A stretch of DNA of 63,314 bases, counting the filler. It is 3 parts of 3 records of this genome, joined end to end, with 100 filler letters (N's around TTAATTAATTAA, not from the genome) between each part and the next. Parts side by side here need not be neighbours in the genome. Positions count along the whole stretch, not along the records: positions 48,285 to 63,314 come from SRR31156797_1427; 2 more parts are not named here. The stretch is one strand, 5' to 3'. Below, piece by piece: positions 48,711 through 58,756 of the stretch. A model generated the notes under the pieces. That model worked only from the letters and a program-made list of their open reading frames with translations. It was not told the origin of the DNA and did not search any database. Both the position numbers and the translations under genes were made by a program. Position 1 is the first letter of the stretch; each line of letters opens with the position of its first letter.

Positions 48711-49823
48711 TCAATACACCTCAGACTTTCTGACCAGGGCCGTATCCAATATCCTCTTCATCATTGAGTGGATCTCCTGCGCTGTCAATTCCGCCAGACA
48801 ACGGCTATTTTCGGAACCGTCGCACCCTTTTTGGCTACAGGGCTGACAGGGCAGGCCTTTTTGAACCACCATATGATCACGCCCCCGTGGGGCCCAGTTG
48901 ATCCATGACGACGGGCCGAATATGCCCACGGTGGGAATCCCCACAGCCGCGGCAATGTGCAGGGCAGCCGTATCCACACCGATAAAGAGGCTGCATGCCT
49001 CAAGAACGGCGGGCAGTTCCCCAATGGAGGTCTTTCCCGCCAAATTATAGGGTTTTCGGTTACATATGCCAATGAGATCTTTGGCCCGCGTTCTTTCATT
49101 GGGGGCGCCGGTAATCAAGAGGTTGCAGTGGTATTCAGTCTGGATCCGATCCAGCAGGGCCGCCATTTCGGAGGGCAGCCATTCCTTATATTTCCAGAGT
49201 GAAAATGGATGGACCGCCACCAGGGGCTTGTCCCGCGGAAGTTGTGCTTTTCTAAATATGGCGTCAGCTTTTTCATGGCGGGGCCGGGGGACCGAAATGT
49301 TGGGCCTGGGGTCCTCTTGGGCGAGTCCGAAGGGCGCCATGATATTCAAGTTGTGCTGGGCCGCATATTGAATGTTTTCACGGGTGGGCCTTACAAGGTG
49401 TGTAAAAAGGCGGTTCCGCCATAAGGTTCCGTCATTGGCATAACGAGCGACCCGGGTGTGTGCCCCTGAAAGCAAGGCGATCACTGCACCCCGGGTCCCT
49501 GTTCGCAGTTCGATGGCCAGATCACATGGGTGCTTTCGAAGGTCTCTCAGGAACTGAAGCTGATGGGCCAGTTCCTCCGGGACTTTCCGTCTTTGTTTGT
49601 TTATGGAGAGCACATGGTGGACCCCGGGACAGTCCTCCATCAATTCCCTGGCATGTTCCCTGACACATACGACCAGGGAACGCTTTGGAAAGGCCTTTCC
49701 CAGTACCCCTATGGCGGGCAGGGTCAGTACCACGTCTCCGATATCCCCGAGCTGTATGAGCAGGATGGGACCGTTTCCTTTCGGCAGTGACGGGGTTCCT
49801 TTCAAAAGCTGTGCGGTTTCCAT
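48711..49823 (-). CDS. GT9 LPS heptosyltransferase
   Basis: IGDVVLTLP, KEW, LAGKTS and GVDTAALHIAAAVG motifs. Confidence 0.92.
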   Translation of the reverse strand: METAQLLKGTPSLPKGNGPILLIQLGDIGDVVLTLPAIGVLGKAFPKRSLVVCVREHARELMEDCPGVHHVLSINKQRRKVPEELAHQLQFLRDLRKHPCDLAIELRTGTRGAVIALLSGAHTRVARYANDGTLWRNRLFTHLVRPTRENIQYAAQHNLNIMAPFGLAQEDPRPNISVPRPRHEKADAIFRKAQLPRDKPLVAVHPFSLWKYKEWLPSEMAALLDRIQTEYHCNLLITGAPNERTRAKDLIGICNRKPYNLAGKTSIGELPAVLEACSLFIGVDTAALHIAAAVGIPTVGIFGPSSWINWAPRGRDHMVVQKGLPCQPCSQKGCDGSENSRCLAELTAQEIHSMMKRILDTALVRKSEVY

Positions 49824-49832
49824 TTCTTTCTT

Positions 49833-50744
49833 CTAGGGGCACCCATTGAGGTGCCATTGCACCAGTTTCGTGTAAATCTTCAGTTTCTCTTTGAGTCGGC
49901 TGTTCAATCCAAAGGTGAATCCCACGGCTGAAAGGTTCAACAGGGTGTTGACCAACAACCGGGAAATGGTGAACAGGCGAACCAGGAAGTAGGTTTTTTT
50001 GTGCCATTTCTCAAAAAACTGATACCGGGAACGATAGAACAGGATCCGTGCGGAAAGACCGCCGCCGACGGTTTTTCCCTGGGCATGGAAGATTTGCGCT
50101 GCGGGAACAAAATAGACTTTCCATCCCGCCAGTTTCATGCGATAAGCCCAGTCCGTTTCCTCCAGAAAGAAAAAATACCGCTCATCCAGAAAACCCACCT
50201 GGTCCATGGCGCTTTTTCGAACCATGATACAGGCCCCGATACAGGAATCCACCGCTATGGGAGAGGTATAGTGCTTTCTTTTGCTGGGGTATCTTTGGGG
50301 GAATAAAAGCCTTAGCAGGGTCTCGTTGGAAATCAGGGAAAGGAGCGTGGGAAAGGGGGCAATGGCGTTCTGCTTTGAACCATCTTCATTGAGCAATTGC
50401 CCGCAGGCCATTGACGCTTCAGGGACCTCTTCCATAAAATCAAAAAGGCTTTTAACGGCTCCTGGTTTCAGACGGGCATCGGTGTTGATCAATACGGCAT
50501 AGCGGCCCCGCATTCTTGCAAAAGCCCGGTTGTTGGCGGCGGCAAATCCAAGATTTCTTTTATTTTCAATAATATGAATCTTTGGATAGGCCTTCCGTGC
50601 GGCGGCAACGCTTCCGTCCGAAGACCCATTGTCCACCAGCCAGACCTCAAAGTCCATATCCGCTGCCGTTTGATAAATGGACGTCAGGCAACGAAGCAGC
50701 AGGGCCCTGGTATTCCAGTTAACGATAACAAATGAGATATCCAA
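49833..50744 (-). CDS. GT2 glycosyltransferase (WbbL-like)
   Basis: VIVNWN, VDNGSSDGS, NLGFAAANN and FFFLEETDW motifs. Confidence 0.9.
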   Translation of the reverse strand: MDISFVIVNWNTRALLLRCLTSIYQTAADMDFEVWLVDNGSSDGSVAAARKAYPKIHIIENKRNLGFAAANNRAFARMRGRYAVLINTDARLKPGAVKSLFDFMEEVPEASMACGQLLNEDGSKQNAIAPFPTLLSLISNETLLRLLFPQRYPSKRKHYTSPIAVDSCIGACIMVRKSAMDQVGFLDERYFFFLEETDWAYRMKLAGWKVYFVPAAQIFHAQGKTVGGGLSARILFYRSRYQFFEKWHKKTYFLVRLFTISRLLVNTLLNLSAVGFTFGLNSRLKEKLKIYTKLVQWHLNGCP

Positions 50745-50746
50745 AC

Positions 50747-51592
50747 CTAATGCTCCGGATGGTCGTCCTCTAATCTGACGGTTTTGAAATCAAGGGGTGC
50801 TTCCATGGAAAATACGGCCTTTGGAAGGGGTGTGTTAAAGGTCATACGGTCGATGTCAATCTCCAGGCTGACCTTATGATCGGGGCCGTGGAAACGCATC
50901 TGCCGCGCATGGAGAATGCCGCCATCATCTTCGAAATGAGAAAAGACAATGGTCGCATTTTGTTTACAAAAGCATACCCTGTGTGGAAGCGGTTCAGCCG
51001 AATAGAGTTCAAAATGCTGGACCTTGTCTCCCATGGCGTCCAGAAGCGTGATTTGGTTGCCGGCCATCGATGCGGTCTCCCGGTGCTTGAGCAGGGCGGG
51101 AAAAGCCCTTGCAAGGGACCACAGTATTGAATGATTGAGGGGAACCGGTATACGCTGGGAAAGGCGTTTGCTTTTCAAGCTCCCCTTGTAAATCCGCTTT
51201 TCGGGAAAATCCAGGATATGGAGTCGTTGACCCTCTATTAATATATGGGTGAGGGGTTTCCCCCAGGGATGGGTGATTTCAATTTTCATCCGCCTGTAGG
51301 GGCAGGCCCCTGTGCCTGCCCTGTTATCGGTGCCTGCCCGAGGCGTTGCATCCGTGATCATCAGGATCTGAACCGAATTTTCAGTGCTCCGGTCCTTAAA
51401 GGTCAGGGTCCCTGAGAAAAAAAGTGTTTTTACCGCGCTCTCCTGGGCCGCAAAGGCCTTCACCAGAGCCGAAACCCTTTCTTCGTCTAAGGCGGGGGGC
51501 TTGACGGTTAAAGGAGAACAGCACTGAAAAGCAAAAAATGCCCAAACCATCAAAAGCGTTCTGATTCCCGAATGGATTTTGGCGGAATTCAA
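50747..51592 (-). CDS. Putative lipoprotein, LolA/LolB-like (DUF4292-like)
   Basis: Lipobox-like AFQCC; beta-rich sequence; FNTPLPKAVF C-terminus; overlaps the TPR gene stop. Confidence 0.55.
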   Translation of the reverse strand: MNSAKIHSGIRTLLMVWAFFAFQCCSPLTVKPPALDEERVSALVKAFAAQESAVKTLFFSGTLTFKDRSTENSVQILMITDATPRAGTDNRAGTGACPYRRMKIEITHPWGKPLTHILIEGQRLHILDFPEKRIYKGSLKSKRLSQRIPVPLNHSILWSLARAFPALLKHRETASMAGNQITLLDAMGDKVQHFELYSAEPLPHRVCFCKQNATIVFSHFEDDGGILHARQMRFHGPDHKVSLEIDIDRMTFNTPLPKAVFSMEAPLDFKTVRLEDDHPEH

Positions 51593-53385
51593 TTTTTTAT
51601 CTTCAAATATTCACGCACCTCGGCAATTTTTTCTTTTATCCGTGCTTCCTCCGGGTGCTCTAAAGAGAGGGCCTTTTCATAAGATTGAAGGGCCTTTTTG
51701 TATTCTTTTAACTGATGGTAGGCATCTCCCAGATGTTCCTGAATGGTGGGATCTTCCCCGGTCAGGGCTGCAGCCCTCTGGAGGGTGTGCAACGCTTTTT
51801 CATATTGGCCTTTTTGAAAATAGACCCATCCCAGACTGTCGATAATATACCCACTGTTGGGTTTCAATTTCAGGGCTTTTTGAATCAGAATCAGGGCCTC
51901 GTCCAGCCGGATACCCTGTTCGGCATAGGTATAACCGATATAGTTAAGGGCATCCACATTGTCGGGATCAATTTTCAACAACTGTTGCATTTCCTTAAGG
52001 CAGGCCTCTTTTTTACCGGCCTTGTCCAAAAGCACACCCAGGCGAAATCGAAGATGAACATTTTTTTCATCGGACTTCAGGCCCTCTTTAACCGCGTCTA
52101 TGGCCTTATCGTATTTTTCCTGTGCCTCATGGATGGCGGCCAGCATGAGATACAAATCCGTGTTGTTCCGATCCTGCGCCATCAATGGTTCCAGGATCTT
52201 CAGGGCGTGGTCGAATTTTTCTTCAAGGATGAGCAAATGTATAATGTGCATCTGAGCATTCCGGTAATACTTTGAGTTCCGGTCAATCAATTGGAACTGC
52301 TCCAGCGCCTTGTCGTTATCCCCCTTCTCTTCATATGCGGTGGCCAGATAATATCGTGACTTGTGGTCTTTGGGCCATGCCGTAACGATCAGGTCCAGCT
52401 CAGCAATGGATTCATCGATTTTGCCCTGCCTCAGATAGATCAGGCCCAGGGCCTGACGTTCCGGTTCACCGGGGTTTGAATGTTTTTTGATCTGTTCAAC
52501 CTGACGGGCCGCCTCACTTTTTTGACCCAGTTTCAGGTATACTTCCACCAGCCTCTCCCTGGCGGGGATGTTGTCGGGATAGAGGGACAGCAGGCTTTCG
52601 TAGGCTTTGACCGCTTCCCGATCCCGCTGGGTAATTTGATAGAGTGTCGCCTTGTCAAACAACGCCGGCTCCAGGGTCTTATTGCGCTTCAGCGCTTCGT
52701 CCAACGATTTTTCAGCCGCTTTGTAGCGTCCCATTTCCAGGTTGATTCTACCCTGGTAATAATAAGCAATGACCAGTTCAGGATCCTGCTTGATCAGAAT
52801 ATCCAGCTGTTCCAAGGTTTTTTCGAATTGTTTTTTTCTGACCAGGATGGTGGTTAGAAGAAGCCTTACCCGTTTATTGTCAGGATCTTGTTTAAGGATA
52901 TTCCGGTATTCCGCAATGGCGAGTTCATCTTTTCCCGTCAGTGTATACAAGTCTCCCAGCAAGGCAAGCGTGTGGGCGTTTTGAGGGTCCATTTCGATGC
53001 TTTTCCGGGCATAGGCCAATGCTTCGGGATATTTTTTAAGCCCTTTCAGCAAAATGGCCATTTTGGTGTTCAGATAAACCGAATCGGGATCATTTTGAAT
53101 GGCCTTTTCAAGATGTTTCCGAGCGTCCTGGTAACGGCCCTGGATTAAAGCGACGGAGGCCAGGGCGAAATGCTTATAGGCTTTCTGGGTTGCATCCGGT
53201 TTCTCGGGACGAACCGTTTTGTGTTCGGTGCCATCAACCACAGGATGGGCCGTCTGTTGAGGCCCTCGGCCGTTTACCGTGGCACAGCCGGCCGGGCCGA
53301 TGGCAAAAAAGACCAACAAAAGCAAAGGGCTCAAAACCCTATGCGCAAGTAACGGATCGCCAAATGATGTGAACGTTGATTTCAT
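51589..53385 (-). CDS. TPR-repeat lipoprotein
   Basis: PAGC lipobox; multiple TPRs; ALNYIGY..IIDSLGWVY. Confidence 0.9.
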   Translation of the reverse strand: MKSTFTSFGDPLLAHRVLSPLLLLVFFAIGPAGCATVNGRGPQQTAHPVVDGTEHKTVRPEKPDATQKAYKHFALASVALIQGRYQDARKHLEKAIQNDPDSVYLNTKMAILLKGLKKYPEALAYARKSIEMDPQNAHTLALLGDLYTLTGKDELAIAEYRNILKQDPDNKRVRLLLTTILVRKKQFEKTLEQLDILIKQDPELVIAYYYQGRINLEMGRYKAAEKSLDEALKRNKTLEPALFDKATLYQITQRDREAVKAYESLLSLYPDNIPARERLVEVYLKLGQKSEAARQVEQIKKHSNPGEPERQALGLIYLRQGKIDESIAELDLIVTAWPKDHKSRYYLATAYEEKGDNDKALEQFQLIDRNSKYYRNAQMHIIHLLILEEKFDHALKILEPLMAQDRNNTDLYLMLAAIHEAQEKYDKAIDAVKEGLKSDEKNVHLRFRLGVLLDKAGKKEACLKEMQQLLKIDPDNVDALNYIGYTYAEQGIRLDEALILIQKALKLKPNSGYIIDSLGWVYFQKGQYEKALHTLQRAAALTGEDPTIQEHLGDAYHQLKEYKKALQSYEKALSLEHPEEARIKEKIAEVREYLKIKN

Positions 53386-53426
53386 ATGCGCTTATCCAAA
53401 CCGGAATCTCTGGTAAATGGATCATT

Positions 53427-54431
53427 TTATTTCAGAAAATCCGAGTATTCCTCCTCAAAATTCGGAATCTTTTCCTTTAACCATTTCCGAATGTTTTTGA
53501 TGATCTTTTCCTGGATCTGCCGAATCCTTTCACGGGAAATATTGTATTTATTGCCCAGATCCTGAAGGGTCAACGGTTTTTCAGCCAGGATTCGATTATC
53601 AAAGATATCGGCTTCTTTTCCCGATAGTGTTTTGCGAAATTCCCGAAGGCTTTTCGTCAGCAGGTTTTTGCTTTCGTCATTGGACAGCATGTCGTCAACG
53701 GGCGTCCCGGGATCAGGCAGAAAAGAGCCGTAGGATTCCCTGGAATCCTCACCCACCGGCGCGCTGAGGGAAACTTCCCATCCGCCCAGCCGCTGCGTCA
53801 TTTCAACAACTTCCGACTCCTTGACATCAAGTCTCTCAGCCAGCAGGCGCGGTTCGGGGGTAAAACCCTGGGCTATGAGCTTGTCCCTTTCCTTTGCAAG
53901 GTTGAAAAACAGTTTCCTCTGGCTCTGGGTTGTCCCGATTTTCACCATTTTCCAATTATCCATTATGAATTTTAGGATATAAGCCTTAATCCAAAAAGAC
54001 GCATAATAGGAAAATTTGATGCCCCGGTACGGGTCGAATTTTTGCACCGCCTGTAACAGGCCCAGATTCCCTTCCTGAATGAGGTCCAACAGGTTTTTTG
54101 TCCAGTACCGATGAAAATCCATGGCAATTTTCACAACCAGTCTCAAGTTCGACGTCACAAGCCTGAATGCCGCATCATCATCGTTATGTTCCCGGATCCT
54201 GGTGCCCAGTTCCGTCTCTTCCTCACGGGTCAGCAGGTTGTACTGTTTGATTTCGAGAAGATATATTTGAAGAGGATCGTAAGGGACCAGCGCGGTGTCC
54301 GAGCGCTGCACCACGGGAGCAAGATCGGCGCGCTTCCGGACCGGTTTTCGGCCGGGTGTTTTGCCCTTTGTTTTTTTCGAACCGGCTTTTTTTTTCCCTT
54401 TTTTCATCTGAAAAACCCTGCAATGGTCCAC
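53427..54431 (-). CDS. rpoH: RpoH-type sigma-70 family factor
   Basis: NLRLVVKIA, DLIQEGNLGL, RpoH box QRKLFFNL and SRERIRQI motifs; start possibly at the second Met. Confidence 0.85.
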   Translation of the reverse strand: MDHCRVFQMKKGKKKAGSKKTKGKTPGRKPVRKRADLAPVVQRSDTALVPYDPLQIYLLEIKQYNLLTREEETELGTRIREHNDDDAAFRLVTSNLRLVVKIAMDFHRYWTKNLLDLIQEGNLGLLQAVQKFDPYRGIKFSYYASFWIKAYILKFIMDNWKMVKIGTTQSQRKLFFNLAKERDKLIAQGFTPEPRLLAERLDVKESEVVEMTQRLGGWEVSLSAPVGEDSRESYGSFLPDPGTPVDDMLSNDESKNLLTKSLREFRKTLSGKEADIFDNRILAEKPLTLQDLGNKYNISRERIRQIQEKIIKNIRKWLKEKIPNFEEEYSDFLK

Positions 54432-54451
54432 ATTCGTGAACCTGTCCCTTT

Positions 54452-55687
54452 CTATCGGGCGCCGGAAACGACCTTCATATATCGTTTTTTCCCTGCCCGC
54501 AACAGCAACCCGTCCTCTCCCAAATCATCCGCACTGACCGTTTGGTCAAACACCGAAATTTTTTGGTTGTTTAAATAGCCGCCTCCCTGTGAAATCAATC
54601 TGCGTGCTTCTCCTCTGGTCTTACAAAGACCGGCGTTTTCAAAGAGGATGTAGGCCGGTACACCCGTTTCAAGGACTTCCGGTTCAATTTCATACCTGGG
54701 AACGGATTCATCCGAAACCCCCTTATTTTGTCCGAACAGCCCCTCGGCCGCGGCCCGGGCCTGATCCGCATTTTCTTTGCCGTGGCACAACCGGGTCGCC
54801 TCGTAAGCCAATACTTTTTTAGCTTCCCGGATCTCAGCCCCTTCCAGCTTCCGAAGCCGCTTTATTTCATCCATATCCAGCAGTGTAAATATGGACAGGA
54901 ACCTGCCCACATCGCCATCATCCTGGTTGACCCAATATTGATAATAATCATAGGGCGACGTCATCTCACCATCCAGCCAGACCGCGCCTTTATGGGTTTT
55001 GCCCATTTTAATGCCCGAAGTGGTGGTCAAAAGGGGAAAGGTGAGTCCATGGACAATTTCTCCCTCCAGACGCCTTACCAAATCTGCGCCGGCCAGGATA
55101 TTGCCCCACTGATCGTTTCCCCCCATCTGAAGGCGGCAGTCGTAATTCTTGAAAAGGTACCAGAAATCGTAGGCCTGCAACAGCATATAGTTGAACTCGA
55201 TAAAGCTTAAGCCCGTTTCCATTCTCATCTTGTAACTTTCAGCGGCAAGCATCCGGTTTACGCTGAAGTGTCGACCGATATCCCGCAGAAAATCCACATA
55301 TCTCAGTTCCGTCAGCCAATCGGCGTTGTTGGCCATGATGGCACGATCACCGTTAAAATCAATGAAATTGGAAAGCTGTTTCTTGAGGCCGTAGGCATTA
55401 TCGTTGATTTCTTCACGACTCATGATCCGGCGCATCTCGGTTTTTCCGCTGGGGTCTCCCACCAGGGCCGTACCGCCCCCCACCAGTACAACCGGCCGGT
55501 GGCCGGCTTTCTGCATATGCACCAGGCTCATTATGGGAAGCAAGCTCCCCACATGGAGGCTTTTCGCCGTCGGATCAAAGCCGATATAGCCGGTAGTGGG
55601 TTGAGAAAGCATTTGGGAAAGGGATCCTTTGTCGGTGGATTGCTCAAAGAATCCTCTGGTTTCAAAAATTTCTAAAATATTTTCCAT
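54452..55687 (-). CDS. tyrS: Tyrosine--tRNA ligase
   Basis: GFDPTAKSLHVGS, QMGGNDQWGNI, KMGKT and an S4-like tail. Confidence 0.97.
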   Translation of the reverse strand: MENILEIFETRGFFEQSTDKGSLSQMLSQPTTGYIGFDPTAKSLHVGSLLPIMSLVHMQKAGHRPVVLVGGGTALVGDPSGKTEMRRIMSREEINDNAYGLKKQLSNFIDFNGDRAIMANNADWLTELRYVDFLRDIGRHFSVNRMLAAESYKMRMETGLSFIEFNYMLLQAYDFWYLFKNYDCRLQMGGNDQWGNILAGADLVRRLEGEIVHGLTFPLLTTTSGIKMGKTHKGAVWLDGEMTSPYDYYQYWVNQDDGDVGRFLSIFTLLDMDEIKRLRKLEGAEIREAKKVLAYEATRLCHGKENADQARAAAEGLFGQNKGVSDESVPRYEIEPEVLETGVPAYILFENAGLCKTRGEARRLISQGGGYLNNQKISVFDQTVSADDLGEDGLLLRAGKKRYMKVVSGAR

Positions 55688-55689
55688 TT

Positions 55690-56661
55690 TCAGTCTCTTG
55701 CCGTATTCCTTTCTTCATCTTCGGGAAGTTTGATTCGAACCACCTGACCCTGCTTCCCGAGATTATCCATTTTTTTGCCGTTGAACTCAAGGACAATGCC
55801 GCCGGCATTGCCGATCAGTAGTTCAAACCCCTTTTCCGCCTTCCATTGGGGCGTATCCGAGGGGCCAAATATATATTCTTTCGATTTCTCACCGTCAATT
55901 GATATTCTAACCCAGGTCCTCTCCGTTACATGACCTTTCAGCAATAACGTTAAGGTTTCGATCTCCTCTCCGGCGGAAAGACGCTTCTCCTCGGGCATAT
56001 TTTCAGTGGGATTAGGGGGCAAATCCGGCGTCGGCAATGTATTTTCAGGTTTTTCCCCCATTTCAAGACCGACGGCTGAAACACCCGCCGTCAATTCAGA
56101 ATCGGATTTGGAAAAAACATCCTTTTCATCTAAAGGTCCCATTCCGGTTTTCCGTCCTTCATGGGATAAAACCCGGCCCTCGTTTCCCGGTGGACTTTGA
56201 ATCCCGGTGGTACTCGAATCAGAGATCCCTTTTGATTCCGTTGAATACATCACCCAGGCATAAAAGCCCGACACTGCAACCAGGAACACCAGCAGACCAC
56301 CCACCACAAACGGCCATATTTTCTTTTGGGGAATGGACGGCAGAATAAATTTTTCCGTAAAATCATCGGACCCGGCTTCCTCGTCATAGAGCGCTACAAT
56401 ACGCTCCTCATCCAAGGCCAGCACGCGTGCGTAGGATCGTATGAAACCCTTTACAAGGGTTGGCGCTGGAAGTAGATCCCATTCTTCATTTTCAATGGCC
56501 TCCAGAAAATGGGGCCTCAGCCGAGTTTTCCGGGAAATCTGGATGTGGCTGAGTCCCTGTTTTTCTCGTTCTCTTTTGAGCAGCGCGCCCAGGGAAATGC
56601 CGGAAGAAAAAACCCAATCATCGGTTTCAGCATTCAATGGTTGTTGATCATCTGGATCCAT
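55690..56661 (-). CDS. rodZ: RodZ-like protein (HTH-TM-DUF4115)
   Basis: LEAIE...KGFIRSYARVL HTH, a TM segment, and IGNAGG..FNGK. Confidence 0.85.
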   Translation of the reverse strand: MDPDDQQPLNAETDDWVFSSGISLGALLKREREKQGLSHIQISRKTRLRPHFLEAIENEEWDLLPAPTLVKGFIRSYARVLALDEERIVALYDEEAGSDDFTEKFILPSIPQKKIWPFVVGGLLVFLVAVSGFYAWVMYSTESKGISDSSTTGIQSPPGNEGRVLSHEGRKTGMGPLDEKDVFSKSDSELTAGVSAVGLEMGEKPENTLPTPDLPPNPTENMPEEKRLSAGEEIETLTLLLKGHVTERTWVRISIDGEKSKEYIFGPSDTPQWKAEKGFELLIGNAGGIVLEFNGKKMDNLGKQGQVVRIKLPEDEERNTARD

Positions 56662-56680
56662 ATTGAATGACCTTGAATCT

Positions 56681-57646
56681 TCAAAAGATGATTTTGACGT
56701 ATGCTTTTTCCCTTAAGTCTTTGATCCAGGCGGAATACGCCTGATCCAGCTTTTTTCGATAAAGGGTAGAGCGGATGGCATTTTTGACTTGGTCGAATGA
56801 TTTTTCACCGCCCTCGTCTTTTTCCACCACTTTGATGATCTGTATTCCGTTGGGCCCCATAATGGGGTTCCCCACCTCCCCGGAGGGAAGGTCTTTGACG
56901 GTGGCGGCCATTTCTTCATTGAGCTCGGATATCTTGAATACCCCCAGGTCACCCCCCTCATCTGCCCCCGGACCATTGGAAAACGCCTTGGCCAGTTTAC
57001 CGAAATCTTCACCGGCTTTGATTTTCTCTATGATTTTGAGCGCCTTTTCTTTCAGCGCACGGGATTCCGCCGGGTCTTCCTGTTTTAGGAAAATCATGGC
57101 AAGATGAACTTTCCCCTTGGTACTGAATTCATCTTTATGTTCATCATAATATTCTTTCAGTTCTGCGTCCCTGATGATAATTTTACTTTTGACTTCATAA
57201 TTGATCAGTCGAATCCTTTCAAGTTCCGTCTTGATCATTTTTCGATATTGGTCATAGGTCTGCCCCTGCTCTTTTAGCGCGGCAATCAAATCTTCCTGGG
57301 TCAGGTTGTTGTCCCTCTTGACCTTTTCGATGGCCGCATCCACTTCTTTGGGTTCCACCTTGATCTTCAATTCCTGGATTTTCTCAATGGCAATTTTTCC
57401 TTCGATGAGCCTTTCAAGTATTTTTCTGCGTGTCTCAAGATACTGTTCTTCAGATTTTCTTTTGAGCGCTTCAGGGGTCATGCCGGTCAATTCTTTCATG
57501 CGCGTATTGAGTTCATATAATGTAACCACATCCGCATTAACAACGGCCACCACGCGATTATAGATTTCACCATAAGCTTTTTCCCGGAGAAAAATATTCC
57601 CCCCCAGAAGCAGAAGTATCAAGATGAGAAAGGTCGATTTTTTCAT
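56681..57646 (-). CDS. surA: SurA-like parvulin PPIase/chaperone
   Basis: RVVAVVN N-domain; FGKLAKAFS..GGDLG. Confidence 0.8.
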   Translation of the reverse strand: MKKSTFLILILLLLGGNIFLREKAYGEIYNRVVAVVNADVVTLYELNTRMKELTGMTPEALKRKSEEQYLETRRKILERLIEGKIAIEKIQELKIKVEPKEVDAAIEKVKRDNNLTQEDLIAALKEQGQTYDQYRKMIKTELERIRLINYEVKSKIIIRDAELKEYYDEHKDEFSTKGKVHLAMIFLKQEDPAESRALKEKALKIIEKIKAGEDFGKLAKAFSNGPGADEGGDLGVFKISELNEEMAATVKDLPSGEVGNPIMGPNGIQIIKVVEKDEGGEKSFDQVKNAIRSTLYRKKLDQAYSAWIKDLREKAYVKIIF

Positions 57647-58624
57647 TCAGGAAAACTCCAATGTATCCATTTCTTTTTGGTTGATTTTGACTCGAATGTC
57701 AGTTCTAAGGTTTTGAAGCCATTTTCTGCAAAAAGATTCCCGTTTCTGCTGAACAAGCTTTTGCTCTATGTTGCCGATGACCTCCGAAAATGCCTGGAAT
57801 CCGGCGGGACGACGGGATATGACCTCAAAAATATGGTATCCCGAGGGACCTTTCGTTACCGGGCTTAAATCACCGGGCGCCAATGAAAAAAGTGTTTTAT
57901 CAAGGGCTTTATCCAGAGTGCCTTTGTCGATCCAGCCCACTTCCCCGCCATTTTCCGCCTCAGGACCTTCGGAGTGTTTCCGGGCCAGATCCGCCAGAGA
58001 TTCACCGGCGCGAATTCTTGCATGGAGTTGCCTGGCCTGTTTTCGGGTTCCACAGAAAATCTGCCTGAATTTTACCCTGTCCGGGGCCTTAAAATGGTTT
58101 GGGGCTGATTCAAAATAGGCCTTTATTTCTCTGTAATCGGGGGGCGCCATATCCTCGGTAACCGATTTGATAACCTTTTCGATGATGAGCTGTTCCCTGA
58201 GCCGTTTTGCCCAGGCCTCGGGATCGCCTGATTTTCGAAGCAGCACCTGTTCAAAATGGTGTTCCGTGTATCCTTCTTTGATTTCGTTCAAATGCGCTTG
58301 AAACTCGTCTTCGGAAACAAGAATGTCATGTTGCTTTGCGTATTCCAACATCAGGTATCGGTCTATGAGGGAATCCAGCAATCGACTTCTGACCTCTTTT
58401 ACATCCCGGGCTGAAATGGGCAAATCTTCAATGGCAAAAACCAAGTCCTTTTTCAGAACATCCGCCGTGAACCGTTGATCTCCAACGACCATGACGACCG
58501 GGCCGGAGTTCGGATCGGGGTGGTCACAACCGGAAACAAAAAACAGCCCGGCAACCCCCAGAACCAGAAAAAAGGCCCCATAAAAAATCTTTGATTTATT
58601 TTTAAAAATAGCCCGAGGGTCCAT
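57647..58624 (-). CDS. PrsA/PpiC-like parvulin lipoprotein
   Basis: VSGC lipobox; LARKHSEGPEAENGGEVG and SGYHIF motifs. Confidence 0.85.
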   Translation of the reverse strand: MDPRAIFKNKSKIFYGAFFLVLGVAGLFFVSGCDHPDPNSGPVVMVVGDQRFTADVLKKDLVFAIEDLPISARDVKEVRSRLLDSLIDRYLMLEYAKQHDILVSEDEFQAHLNEIKEGYTEHHFEQVLLRKSGDPEAWAKRLREQLIIEKVIKSVTEDMAPPDYREIKAYFESAPNHFKAPDRVKFRQIFCGTRKQARQLHARIRAGESLADLARKHSEGPEAENGGEVGWIDKGTLDKALDKTLFSLAPGDLSPVTKGPSGYHIFEVISRRPAGFQAFSEVIGNIEQKLVQQKRESFCRKWLQNLRTDIRVKINQKEMDTLEFS

Positions 58625-58756
58625 TTGTCCGGTGGCATTGGATCAAAAAAATAGAGCGCCAGCATACAAAATCCGAGAACCCCTTAAAGTAGCAAGGACG
58701 TGGGAAAAAGCAAGCATATTTTTCAACCGAACGGTCAAACCTGAAAAACCGGGCCA

